A stretch of 64,000 bases of DNA from the human T2T-CHM13v2.0 reference genome, Homo sapiens. Within the stretch, counting starts at the first letter, position 1; each line of letters starts with the position of its first letter. The position numbers and the translations under genes were made by a program. Location: the NCBI RefSeq assembly GCF_009914755.1, contig NC_060945.1. The stretch is one strand, 5' to 3'. This document shows, piece by piece, positions 1 to 18,259 of this stretch. The notes below the pieces were generated by a model. That model saw nothing but the letters and a program-made list of their open reading frames with translations, was not told the origin of the DNA and made no database searches.

Positions 1-3791
<3,791 letters not shown>

Positions 3792-3796
3792 TGTTA

Positions 3797-4010
3797 AGGC
3801 CGGACGCAACACGGCGAAACCCCGTCTCTACTAAAAATACAAAGCTGAGTCGGGAGCGGTGGGGCAGGCCCCTGTAATGCCAGCTCCTCGGGAGGCTGAG
3901 GCGGGAGAATCGCTTGAACCAGGGAAGCGGAGGCTGCAGGGAGCCGAGATCGCGCCACTGCACTACGGCCCAGGCTGTAGAGTGAGTGAGACTCGGTCTC
4001 TAAATAAATA
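3797..4010 (+). mobile_element. Internally deleted Alu; second copy 48584-48797
   Basis: AAACCCCGTCTCTACTAAAAATAC...GAGAATCGCTTGAACC. Confidence 0.85.
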
Positions 4011-5195
4011 CGGAAATTAATTAATTCATTAATTCTTTTCCCTGCTGACGGACATTTGCAGGCAGGCATCGGTTGTCTTCGGGCATCACCTAGCGGCCAC
4101 TGTTATTGAAAGTCGACGTGACACGGAGGGAGGTCTCGCCGACTTCACCGAGCCTGGGGCAACGGGTTTCTCTCTCTCCCTTCTGGAGGCCCCTCCCTCT
4201 CTCCCTCGTTGCCTAGGGAACCTCGCCTAGGGAACCTCCGCCCTGGCGGGGGCCCTATTGTTCTTTGATCGGCGCTTTACTTTTCTTTGTGTTTTGGCGC
4301 CTAGACTCTTCTACTTGGGCTTTGGGAAGGGTCAGTTTAATTTTCAAGTTGCCCCCCGGCTCCCCCCACTACCCACGTCCCTTCACCTTAATTTAGTGAG
4401 TCGGTTAGGTGGGTTTCCCCCAAACCGCCCCCCCCCCCCCCCGCCTCCCAACACCCTGCTTGGAAACCTTCCAGAGCCACCCCGGTGTGCCTCCGTCTTC
4501 TCTCCCCTTCCCCCACCCCTTGCCGGCGATCTCATTCTTGCCAGGCTGACATTTGCATCGGTGGGCGTCAGGCCTCACTCGGGGGCCACCGTTTTTGAAG
4601 ATGGGGGCGGCACGGTCCCACTTCCCCGGAGGCAGCTTGGGCCGATGGCATAGCCCCTTGACCCGCGTGGGCAAGCGGGCGGGTCTGCAGTTGTGAGGCT
4701 TTTCCCCCCGCTGCTTCCCGCCTCAGGCCTCCCTCCCTAGGAAAGCTTCACCCTGGCTGGGTCTCGGTCACCTTTTATCACGATGTTTTAGTTTCTCCGC
4801 CCTCCGGCCAGCAGAGTTTCACAATGCGAAGGGCGCCACGGCTCTAGTCTGGGCCTTCTCAGTACTTGCCCAAAATAGAAACGCTTTCTGAAAACTAATA
4901 ACTTTGCTCACTTAAGATTTCCAGGGACGGCGCCTTGGCCCGTGTTTGTTGGCTTGTTTTGTTTCGTTCTGTTTTGTTTTGTTCGTGTTTTTCCTTTCTC
5001 GTATGTCTTTCTTTTCAGGTGAAGTAGAAATCCCCAGTTTTCAGGAAGACGTCTATTTTCCCCAAGACACGTTAGCTGCCGTTTTTTCCTGTTGTGAACT
5101 AGCGCTTTTGTGACTCTCTCAACGTGCAGTGAGAGCCGGTTGATGTTTACTATCCTTCATCATGACATCTTATTTTCTAGAAATCCGTAGGCGAA

Positions 5196-5283
5196 TGCTG
5201 CTGCTGCTCTTGTTGCTGTTGTTGTTGTTGTTGTTGTCGTCGTTGCTGTTGTCGTTGTCGTTGTTGTTGTCGTTGTCGTTGTT
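5196..5283 (+). repeat. (GCT)/(GTT/GTC)n trinucleotide repeat; second copy +44787
   Basis: Direct read. Confidence 0.85.
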
Positions 5284-5364
5284 TTCAAAGTATACCCCGG
5301 CCACCGTTTATGGGATCAAAAGCATTATAAAATATGTGTGATTATTTCTTGAGCACGCCCTTCC

Positions 5365-5956
5365 TCCCCCTCTCTCTGTCTCTCTGTCTGTCTCTGTCTC
5401 TCTCTTTCTCTGTCTGTCTTCTCTCTCTCTCTCTCTCTGTGTCTCTCTCTCTCTGCCTGTCTGTTTCTCTCTCTCTGCCTCTCTCTCTCTCTCTCTCTCT
5501 GCCTGTCTCTCTCACTGTGTCTGTCTTCTGTCTTACTCCCTTTCTCTGTCTGTCTGTCGGTCTCTCTCTCTCTCTCTCCCTGTCTGTATGTTTCTCTCTG
5601 TCTCTGTCTCTCTCTCTCTTTCTGTTTCTCTCTCTCCGTCTCTGTCTTTCTCTGACTGTCTCTCTCTTTCCTTCTCTCTGTCTCTCTCTGCCTGTCTCTC
5701 TCACTCTGTCTTCTGTCTTACTCTCTCTCTCTGCCTGCCTGTCTCTCTCACTCTCTCTCTCTGTGTGTCTCTCTCTCTCTTTCTGTTTCTCTCTGTCTCT
5801 CTGTCCGTCTCTGTCTTTCTCTGTCTGTCTCTTTGTCTGTCTGTCTTTGTCTTTCCTTCTCTCTGTCTCTGTCTCTCTCACTGTGTCTGTCTTCTGTCTT
5901 AGTCTCTCTCTCTCTCTCTCCCTGTCTGTCTGTCTCTCTCTCTCTCTCCCCCTGTC

Positions 5957-5999
<43 letters not shown>

Positions 6000-6528
6000 T
6001 TGTCTTTCTTTCTGTCTCTGTCTCTCTCTCTCTCTCTGTGTGTCTGTCTTCTGTCTTACTGTCTTTCTCTGCCTGTCTGTCTGTCTGTCTCTCTCTGTCT
6101 GTCTCTCTCTCTCTCTCCCCCCTGTCGGCTGTTTCTCTGTCTCTGTCTGTGTCTCTCTTTCTGTCTGTTTCTCTCTGTCTGTCTTTCTCTCTCTGTCTCT
6201 TTCTCTCTGTCTCTCTGTCTGTCTCTGTCTCTCTCTCTGTCTCTCTCTCTCTGTGGGGGTGTGTGTGTGTGTGTGTATGTGTGTGTGTGTGTGTGTGTGT
6301 GTCTGCCTTCTGTCTTACTCTCTTTCTCTGCCTGTCTGTCTGCCTGTCTGTTTGTCTCTCTCTCTCTGCCTGTCTCTCTCCCTTCCTGTCTGTTTCTCTC
6401 TCTTTCTGTTTCTCTCTGTCTCTGTCCATCTCTGTCTTTCTCCGTCTGTCTCTTTATCTGTCTCTCTCTCTCTTTCTGTCTTTCTCTCTCTGTGTATCGT
6501 TGTCTCTCTCTGTCTGTCTCTGTCTCTG

Positions 6529-6561
<33 letters not shown>

Positions 6562-6600
6562 GTCTGTCTGTCCGTCTGTCTGTCTCGGTCTCTGGCTCTC
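5365..6600 (+). repeat. Third CT-rich block with an internal (GT)n; second copy 50152-51387
   Basis: (CT)n/(CTGT)n carrying the same TCTTCTGTCTTACT anchor motif. Confidence 0.93.
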
Positions 6601-7904
6601 GCTATCTCCCGCCCTCTCTTTTTTTGCAAAAGAAGCTCAAGTACATCTAATCTAATCCCTTACCAAGGCCTGAATTCTTCACTTCTGACATCCCAGATTT
6701 GATCTCCCTACAGAATGCTGTACAGAACTGGCGAGTTGATTTCTGGACTTGGATACCTCATAGAAACTACATATGAATAAAGATCCAATCCTAAAATCTG
6801 GGGTGGCTTCTCCCTCGACTGTCTCGAAAAATCGTACCTCTGTTCCCCTAGGATGCCGGAAGAGTTTTCTCAATGTGCATCTGCCCGTGTCCTAAGTGAT
6901 CTGTGACCGAGCCCTGTCCGTCCTGTCTCAAATATGTACGTGCAAACACTTCTCTCCATTTCCACAACTACCCACGGCCCCTTGTGGAACCACTGGCTCT
7001 TTGAAAAAAATCCCAGAAGTGGTTTTGGCTTTTTGGCTAGGAGGCCTAAGCCTGCTGAGAACTTTCCTGCCCAGGATCCTGTGTGACCAAAAGTGCCTCT
7101 GCTGGGAGCTGGGATCCTCGGGACCATGCTTGCTAGCGCTGGATGAGTCTCTGGAAGGACGCACGGGACTCCGCAAAGCTGACCTGTCCCACCGAGGTCA
7201 AATGGATACCTCTGCATTGGCCCGAGGCCTCCGAAGTACATCACCGTCACCAACCGTCACCGTCAGCATCCTTGTGAGCCTGCCCAAGGCCCCGCCTCCG
7301 GGGAGACTCTTGGGAGCCCGGCCTTCGTCGGCTAAAGTCCAAAGGGATGGTGACTTCCACCCACAAGGTCCCCACTGAACGGCGAAGATGTGGAGCGTAG
7401 GTCAGAGAGGGGACCAGGAGGGGAGACGTCCCGACAGGCGACGAGTTCCCAAGGCTCTGGCCACCCCACCCACGCCCCACGCCCCACGTCCCGGGCACCC
7501 GCGGGACACCGCCGCTTTATCCCCTCCTCTGTCCACAGCCGGCCCCACCCCACCACGCAACCCACGCACACACGCTGGAGGTTCCAAAACCACACGGTGT
7601 GACTAGAGCCTGACGGAGCGAGAGCCCATTTCACGAGGTGGGAGGGGTGGGGGTGGGGTGGGTTGGGGGTTGTGGGGTCTGTGGCGAGCCCGATTCTCCC
7701 TCTTGGGTGGCTACAGGCTAGAAATGAATATCGCTTCTTGGGCGGAGGGGCTTCCTTAGGCCATCACCGCTTGCGGGACTACCTCTCAAACCCTCCCTTG
7801 AGGCCACAAAATAGATTCCACCCCACCCATCGACGTTTCCCCCGGGTGCTGGATGTATCCTGTCAAGAGACCTGAGCCTGACACCGTCGAATTAAACACC
7901 TTGA

Positions 7905-8129
<225 letters not shown>

Positions 8130-8171
8130 TAGATTCGAGCCACACCTCATTCCGTGCCACAGAGAGACTTC

Positions 8172-11100
8172 TTTTTTTTTTTTTTTTTAAGCGCAACGCA
8201 ACATGTCTGCCTTATTTGAGTGGCTTCCTATATCATTATAATTGTGTTATAGATGAAGAAACGGTATTAAACACTGTGCTAATGATAGTGAAAGTGAAGA
8301 CAAAAGAAAGGCTATCTATTTTGTGGTTAGAATAAAGTTGCTCAGTATTTAGAGCTACCTAAATACGTCAGCATTTACACTCTTCCTAGTAAAAGCTGGC
8401 CAATCTGAATAATCCTCCTTTAAACAAACACAATTTTTGATAGGGTTAAGATTTTTTTAAGAATGCGACTCCTGCAAAATAGCTGAACAGACGATACACA
8501 TTTAAAAAAATAACAACACAAGGATCAACCAGACTTGGGAAAAAATCGAAAACCACACAAGTCTTATGAAGAACTGAGTTCTTAAAATAGGACGGAGAAC
8601 GTAGCTATCGGAAGAGAAGGCAGTATTGGCAAGTTGATTGTTACGTTGGTCAGCAGTAGCTGGCACTATCTTTTTGGCCATCTTTCGGGCAATGTAACTA
8701 CTACAGCAAAATGAGATATGATCCATTAAACAACATATTCGCAAATCAAAAAGTGTTTCAGTAATATAATGCTTCAGATTTAGAAGCAAATCAAATGATA
8801 GAACTCCACTGCTGTAATAAGTCACCCCAAAGATCACCGTATCTGACAAAATAACTACCACAGGGTTATGACTTCAGAATCATACTTTCTCTTGATATTT
8901 ACTTATGTATGTATTTATTTTTTTTAATTTATTTCTCTTGAGACGGCGTCTCGCTCTGTCGCCCAGGCTGGAGTGCGATGGTGTGATCTCGGCTCACTGC
9001 AACCGCCACCTCCCTGGGTTCAAGCGATTCTCCTGCCTCAGCCTCCCGAGTAGCTGGGACTACAGGTGCCCGCCACCACGCCCAGCTAATCTTTATACTT
9101 TTAATAGAGACGGGGTTTCACCGTGTCGGCCCGGATGGTCTCGATCTCTTGACCTCGTGACCCGCCCGCCTCGGCCTCCCAAAGTGCTGGGATGACAGGC
9201 GTGAGCCACTGAGCCCGGCCTTCTCTTGACGTTTAAACTATGAAGTCAGTCCAGAGAAACGCAATAAATGTCAACGGTGAGGATGGTGTTGAGGCAGAAG
9301 TAGGACCACACTTTTTCCTATCTTATTCAGTTGATAACAATATGACCTAGGTAGTAATTTCCTATGTGCCTACTTATACACGAGTACAAAAGAGTAAAAC
9401 AGAGAGACTGCTAAATTAAAGGGTACGTGAAGTTCTTCATAGTAACTCCGTAAACTGGAACACTGTCAAAAAGCAGCAGCTAGTGAATTGTTTCCATGTA
9501 TTTTTCTATGATCCAATAAGTGAACTATGCTATTCCTTTCCAGTCTCCCAAGCACTTCTTGTCCCCATCACCACTTCGGTGCTCGAAGAAAAAGTAACAA
9601 ATCAAGGAACACAACTAAAGAAACACACACACAAACCAAAGACAACTACAGCGTCTGCAAAAGTTTGCTAGAAGACTGAAACTGTTGAGTATAAGGATCT
9701 GGTATTCTACGATCATGAGTTCACTTCAGAGTTTGTTCAAGACATACGTTTCGTAAGGAAACATCTTAGTTAGAAGTTATTCAGCAGTAGGTACCATCCC
9801 TAAGTATTTTTCACCAAATTCGTGACAATAAAGAGCTATCTAACCAGAAAAATTAGCGAGTACCGGCACCATCCATAGGGCTTTGTCTTTACGCTTCATT
9901 AGCACTTACCATGCCTTACAATGTCTAGGATTGACCCTGATAGCATTTCGAAAACAAGCTAATGCTTTGTCCAGTTCTTCAGTGAAGACAAGCTCACGCC
10001 CTAATGCGCTATAGGCATAAGCATCATTTGGATCCACTTCGAGAGTTCTCTGGAAGAATTGAATCGCAATATCGTGTTCCCGTTGCAGACCGAAACAGTT
10101 CCCTGCAGCACACCAGGCCTCTGGCTGGCGAATTTTTATCCATGTCTGTGAAGTCTTTGGACAGAACTGAAAGAGCAACCTCTTTCGGAGGATGCCAAAG
10201 TGTTGTAGAGTAGATCTCCATGCCTTCGACTCTGTAATTCTCAATCCTCCTAACCTCTGAGAATTGTCTTTCAGCTTGCGTGGACTCTGAAAGTTTACAA
10301 TAGGCCCTTCCGATTTGGCACAGTACCCAACCGGTATTGCGGTGGTGAGAAGCTAGATGGCTCAAGATGCTGATAGCTTCTTTGCCGTGGTAAGAACACA
10401 AAGCTAAATAACCTTTCCCCCTTTCACGAAGAAGGCTCATCAAGCCTTCCGCTGCTGCTTTTTGTAGATTAAAAGCCTGAATCTGAGGCGCGATTGCGGC
10501 TATTTTCCCTTCTGAAATGACGGAAGAGTCCAATTTTGTCACTTCCAGGCTATCACTTATGTTCGGTGGAGTTATTGCTCCTTTATTAGTTTTACTTTTG
10601 GTTCTTCTGTTTGGGATTTTAGGTGGAAACTTCATTTTTAATTTTCTCCTATTCTCCTCGGTTGTGGAGCTGTCACTAGTCAAGAGTCGTGAATGTCTTC
10701 GAGGCGGTGCATTTGGGGGAGATGCCATAGTGGGGCTCAATACCTGAGGTGTTGCCCTTGTCGGCGGACCAGAACTTTGTGTTTTTGCAAGGACTGGAGT
10801 TACCTTTCGGCTCTTTCCCCTCTGCGAGAAGACAGACGGTGTTCCGGTTTGGCCGATTCTGGCAACAGGCTTTTTTGAAGGGGCTCCGGTGGATGGCACG
10901 TCAATGACAGACGGTGTCTCATACCAGTGCAGTTTTGTCAATAGGGTCCGTCTCCGGGACTTGGGGTTTCTAATGGCAAAATGCCAACACTTGGGGTTAA
11001 TGGACTAACAGCTGCTGGTCCTCCTAATAAACTTCGACCAGTTTTTGGTTTATGTTGAACCTGTTTAGATCATATGGAAGTTCCTGTTCCCAGTGGGACA

Positions 11101-11967
11101 GTATCAGGTGAAAGGACAGCTGAATCGATAGAAGACACTGGGGAGTCTGTATTCAAGGAGTACTTTGAATTGGAAGATTCTAAATTCCATCCGTTTCATT
11201 CGACGGTGTCCTGGGGTGTTTCCGTAAGAACGGTCTCGGGCTGTCTGTGACATAAACTAGGACGAGGTCCAAGTGTTGTGGCGCAACACTTGGACAGGCA
11301 GTTGCTAAAGCTCTCTAGAGAGGTGAATCAAAATGTTTGGTCAGGATCTGGCTTTTCCCCCCTATTTCACATCATGATTCAAAGGGACACCAGAGGAAAG
11401 GATTTCAACGAAGGCTCTTTTGGTCACATTCTGATCCTTTGGTAAGCCGATCTGTCTTGCAATATACATGTCCCGACGATGGAAGGGGAAAGCGAGCTGA
11501 ATCACCAAACTCAGGAACGATAATATCATCGTGGCTTTTCTGCTTATGAAACACTCCACCCGATAAGATTTGATCCCCTTCTGCAAGCTTGCTGAGATCA
11601 ACACAACATTTCGCAAGCAGGCATTTGCATTGCGGGGTAGTACAACTGTGTCCTTTCAAGAGTCTATATGTTTTATAGGCCTTTCCTGAGCGGTAAGAAC
11701 AGGTCGCCAGTAAGAACAAGGCTTCTTCTGAGTGTACTTCTGCATAAAGGCGTTCTGCGGGGGAAACCGCATCTCGGTAGGCATAGTGGTTTAGTGCTTG
11801 CCATATAGCAGCCTGGACGGGTCCCTGCAGCACCGCCATCCTCGAGGCTCAGGCCCACTTTCTGCAGTGCCACAGGCACCCCCCCCCCCCATAGCGGCTC
11901 CGGCCCGGCCAGCCCCGGCTCATTTAAAGGCACCAGCCGCCGTTACCGGGGGATGGGGGAGTCCGAG
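8172..11967 (-). pseudogene. CDC27P: CDC27 (APC3) retrocopy: 5'UTR, spliced CDS (11839 to 9910, frameshifted), retained intron-like sequence and A-tract
   Basis: ORFs MAVLQGPVQAAIWQALNHYAYRDAV..., ...QAFNLQKAAAEGLMSLLRE... and ...PEAWCAAGNCFGLQREHDIAI...NAIRVNPRH are recognisable CDC27 TPR sequence in different frames; no introns in the CDS part; flanking 16-bp direct repeat. Confidence 0.93.
8900..9220 (-). mobile_element. Full-length Alu inside the intron-like part of the CDC27 retrocopy; second copy +44787
   Basis: Complete dimer ending CCCGGCC; flanking repeats TTCTCTTGAtaTTTA (8887) and TTCTCTTGAcgTTTA (9221). Confidence 0.9.
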
Positions 11968-12492
11968 ACAGAATGACTTCTTTATCCTGCTGACTCTGGA
12001 AAGCCCGGCGCCTTGTGATCCATTGCAAACCGAGAGTCACCTCGTGTTTAGAACACGGATCCACTCCCAAGTTCAGTGGGGGGATGTGAGGGGTGTGGCA
12101 GGTAGGACGAAGGACTCTCTTCCTTCTGATTCGGTCTGCACAGTGGGGCCTAGGGCTGGAGCTCTCTCCGTGCGGACCGCTGACTCCCTCTACCTTGGGT
12201 TCCCTCGGCCCCACCCTGGAACGCCGGGCCTTGGCAGATTCTGGCCCTTCCTGGCCCTTCAGTCGCTGTCAGAAACCCCATCTCATGCTCGGATGCCCCG
12301 AGTGACTGTGGCTCGCACCTCTCCGGAAACATTGGAAATCTCTCCTCTACGCGCGGCCACCTGAAACCACAGGAGCTCGGGACACACGTGCTTTCGGGAG
12401 AGAATGCTGAGAGTCTCTTGCCGACTCTCTCTTGACTTGAGTTCTTCGTGGGTGCGTGGTTAAGACGTAGTGAGACCAGATGTATTAACTCA

Positions 12493-13640
<1,148 letters not shown>

Positions 13641-14456
13641 CCCCCCCTTTCCCCTTCCCCCGCTTGTCTTCCCGACAGACAGTTTCACGGCAGAGCGTTT
13701 GGCTGGCGTGCTTAAACTCATTCTAAATAGAAATTTGGGACGTCAGCTTCTGGCCTCACGGACTCTGAGCCGAGGAGTCCCCTGGTCTGTCTATCACAGG
13801 ACCGTACACGTAAGGAGGAGAAAAATCGTAACGTTCAAAGTCAGTCATTTTGTGATACAGAAATACACGGATTCACCCAAAACACAGAAAGCAGTCTTTT
13901 AGAAATGGCCTTAGCCCTGGTGTCCGTGCCAGTGATTCTTTTCGGTTTGGACCTTGACTGAGAGGATTCCCAGTCGGTCTCTCGTCTCTGGACGGAAGTT
14001 CCAGATGATCCGATGGGTGGGGGACTTAGGCTGCGTCCCCCCAGGAGCCCTGGTCGATTAGTTGTGGGGATCGCCTTGGAGGGCGCGGTGACCCACTGTG
14101 CTGTGGGAGCCTCCATCCTTCCCCCCACCCCCTCCCCAGGGGATCCCAATTCATTCCGGGCTGACACGCTCACTGGCAGGCGTCGGGCATCACCTAGCGG
14201 TCACTGTTACTCTGAAAACGGAGGCCTCACAGAGGAAGGGAGCACCAGGCCGCCTGCGCACAGCCTGGGGCAACTGTGTCTTCTCCACCGCCCCCGCCCC
14301 CACCTCCAAGTTCCTCCCTCCCTTGTTGCCTAGGAAATCGCCACTTTGACGACCGGGTCTGATTGACCTTTGATCAGGCAAAAACGAACAAACAGATAAA
14401 TAAATAAAATAACACAAAAGTAACTAACTAAATAAAATAAGTCAATACAACCCATT

Positions 14457-14578
14457 ACAATACAATAAGATACGATACGATAGGATGCGATAGGATACGA
14501 TAGGATACAATACAATACGATACGATACAATACAATACAATACAATACAATACAATACAATACAATACAATACAATAC
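14457..14578 (+). repeat. (CAATA/CGATA/GGATA)n pentanucleotide repeat; second copy 59244-59365
   Basis: Direct read. Confidence 0.9.
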
Positions 14579-15411
<833 letters not shown>

Positions 15412-15682
15412 TTAACTTCATTTTATGTTATTATCATGATTGATGTTTCGAGACGGAGTCTCGGAGGCCCGCCCTCCCTGGTTGCCCAGACAACCCCGGG
15501 AGACAGACCCTGGCTGGGCCCGATTGTTCTTCTCCTTGGTCAGGGGTTTCCTTGTCTTTCTTCGTGTCTTTAACCCGCGTGGACTCTTCCGCTCGGGTTT
15601 GACAGATGGCAGCTCCACTTTAGGCCTTGTTGTTGTTGGGGACTTTCCTGATTCTCCCCAGATGTAGTGAAAGCAGGTAGAT

Positions 15683-15718
15683 TTGCCTTGCCTGGACTTG
15701 CCTGGCCTTGCCTTTTCT
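15683..15718 (+). promoter_or_regulatory. p53 response element RGC (ribosomal gene cluster); second copy 60470-60505
   Basis: TTGCCTTGCCTGGACTTGCCTGGCCTTGCCTTTTCT; half-sites GGACTTGCCT and GGCCTTGCCT at 15694-15713. Confidence 0.85.
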
Positions 15719-15812
15719 TTCTTTCTTTCTTTATTACTTTCTCTTTTTCTTCTTCTTCTTCTTCTTCTTCTTCTTCTTCTTCTTCTTCTTCTTCTTCTTC
15801 TTCTTCTTCTTC

Positions 15813-17142
<1,330 letters not shown>

Positions 17143-18218
17143 TGTTGACTCATTTCGCTTTTTTATTTCTTTCGTTTCCACGCGTTTACTTATATGTATT
17201 AATGTAAACGTTTCTGTACGCTTATATGCAAACAACGACAACGTGTATCTCTGCATTGAATACTCTTGCGTATGGTAAATACGTATCGGTTGTATGGAAA
17301 TAGACTTCTGTATGATAGATGTAGGTGTTTGTGTTATACAAATAAATACACATCGCTCTATAAAGAAGGGATCGTCGATAAAGACGTTTATTTTACGTAT
17401 GAAAAGCGTCGTATTTATGTGTGTAAATGAACGAGCGTACGTAGTTATCTCTGTTTTCTTTCTTCCTCTCCTTCGTGTTTTTCTTCCTTCCTTTCTTCCT
17501 TTCTCTCCTTCTTTAGGTTTTTCTTCCTCTCTTCCTTTCCTTCTTTCTCTCTTTCTGTCCTTTTTTCCTTCGTGCTTTATTTCTCTTTCGTTCCCTGTGT
17601 TTCCTTCTTTTTTCTTTCCTCTCTGTTTCTTTTTCCCTTCTTTCCTTCGTTTCTTTCCTCATTCTTTCTCTCTTTTTCGTGTTTCTTTCCTTCCCGTCTG
17701 TCTTTTAAAAAATGGAGTGTTTCAGAAGTTTACTTTGTGTATCTACGTTTTCTAAATTGTCTCTCTTTTCTCCATTTTCTTCCTCCCTCCCTCCCTCCCT
17801 CCCTCCCTGCTCCCTTCCCTCCCTCCTTCCCTTTCGCCATCTGTCTCTTTTCCCCACTCCCCTCCCCCCGTCTGTCTCTGCGTGGATTCCGGAAGAGCCT
17901 ACGCATTCTGCCTCTCCGTGTGTCTGCAGCGACCCGCGACCGAGTCCTTGTGTGTTCTTTCTCCCTCCCTCCCTCCCTCCCTCCCTCCCTCCCTGCTTCC
18001 GAGAGGCATCTCCAAACACCCACGCGCCGTGGGTTGTCTTCTGACTCTGTCGCGGTCGAGGCAGAGACGCGTTTTGGGCACCGTTTGTGTGGGGTTGGGG
18101 CAGAGGGGCTGCGTTTTCGGCCTCGGGAAGAGCTTCTCGACTCACGGTTTCGCTTTCGCGGTCCACGGGCCGCCCTGCCAGCCGGATCTGTCTCGCTGAC
18201 GTCCGCGGCGGTTGTCGG

Positions 18219-18234
18219 GCTCCATCTGGCGGCC
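18219..18234 (-). promoter_or_regulatory. CTCF motif upstream of the spacer promoter; second copy 63006-63021
   Basis: Minus strand GGCCGCCAGATGGAGC approximates the CTCF core CCASYAGRKGGCRS (2 mismatches); at ~-0.9 kb, where CTCF is known to bind human rDNA. Confidence 0.7.
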
Positions 18235-18259
18235 GCTTTGAGATCGTGCTCTCGGCTTC

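Noticed and set aside
6620-7900. Unique IGS stretch with several 60-160 aa ORFs, or a possible LTR remnant
   Set aside because: No recognisable protein or repeat hallmark by eye; needs a Dfam/BLAST search
10024-10941. 305-aa CDC27-like ORF as a functional gene
   Set aside because: TTG start, internal fragment, frameshifted relative to neighbouring pieces; part of the pseudogene
15449-15463. Short palindrome CGAGACGGAGTCTCG (similar at ~38056)
   Set aside because: Derived from the ordinary Alu 3'-end sequence
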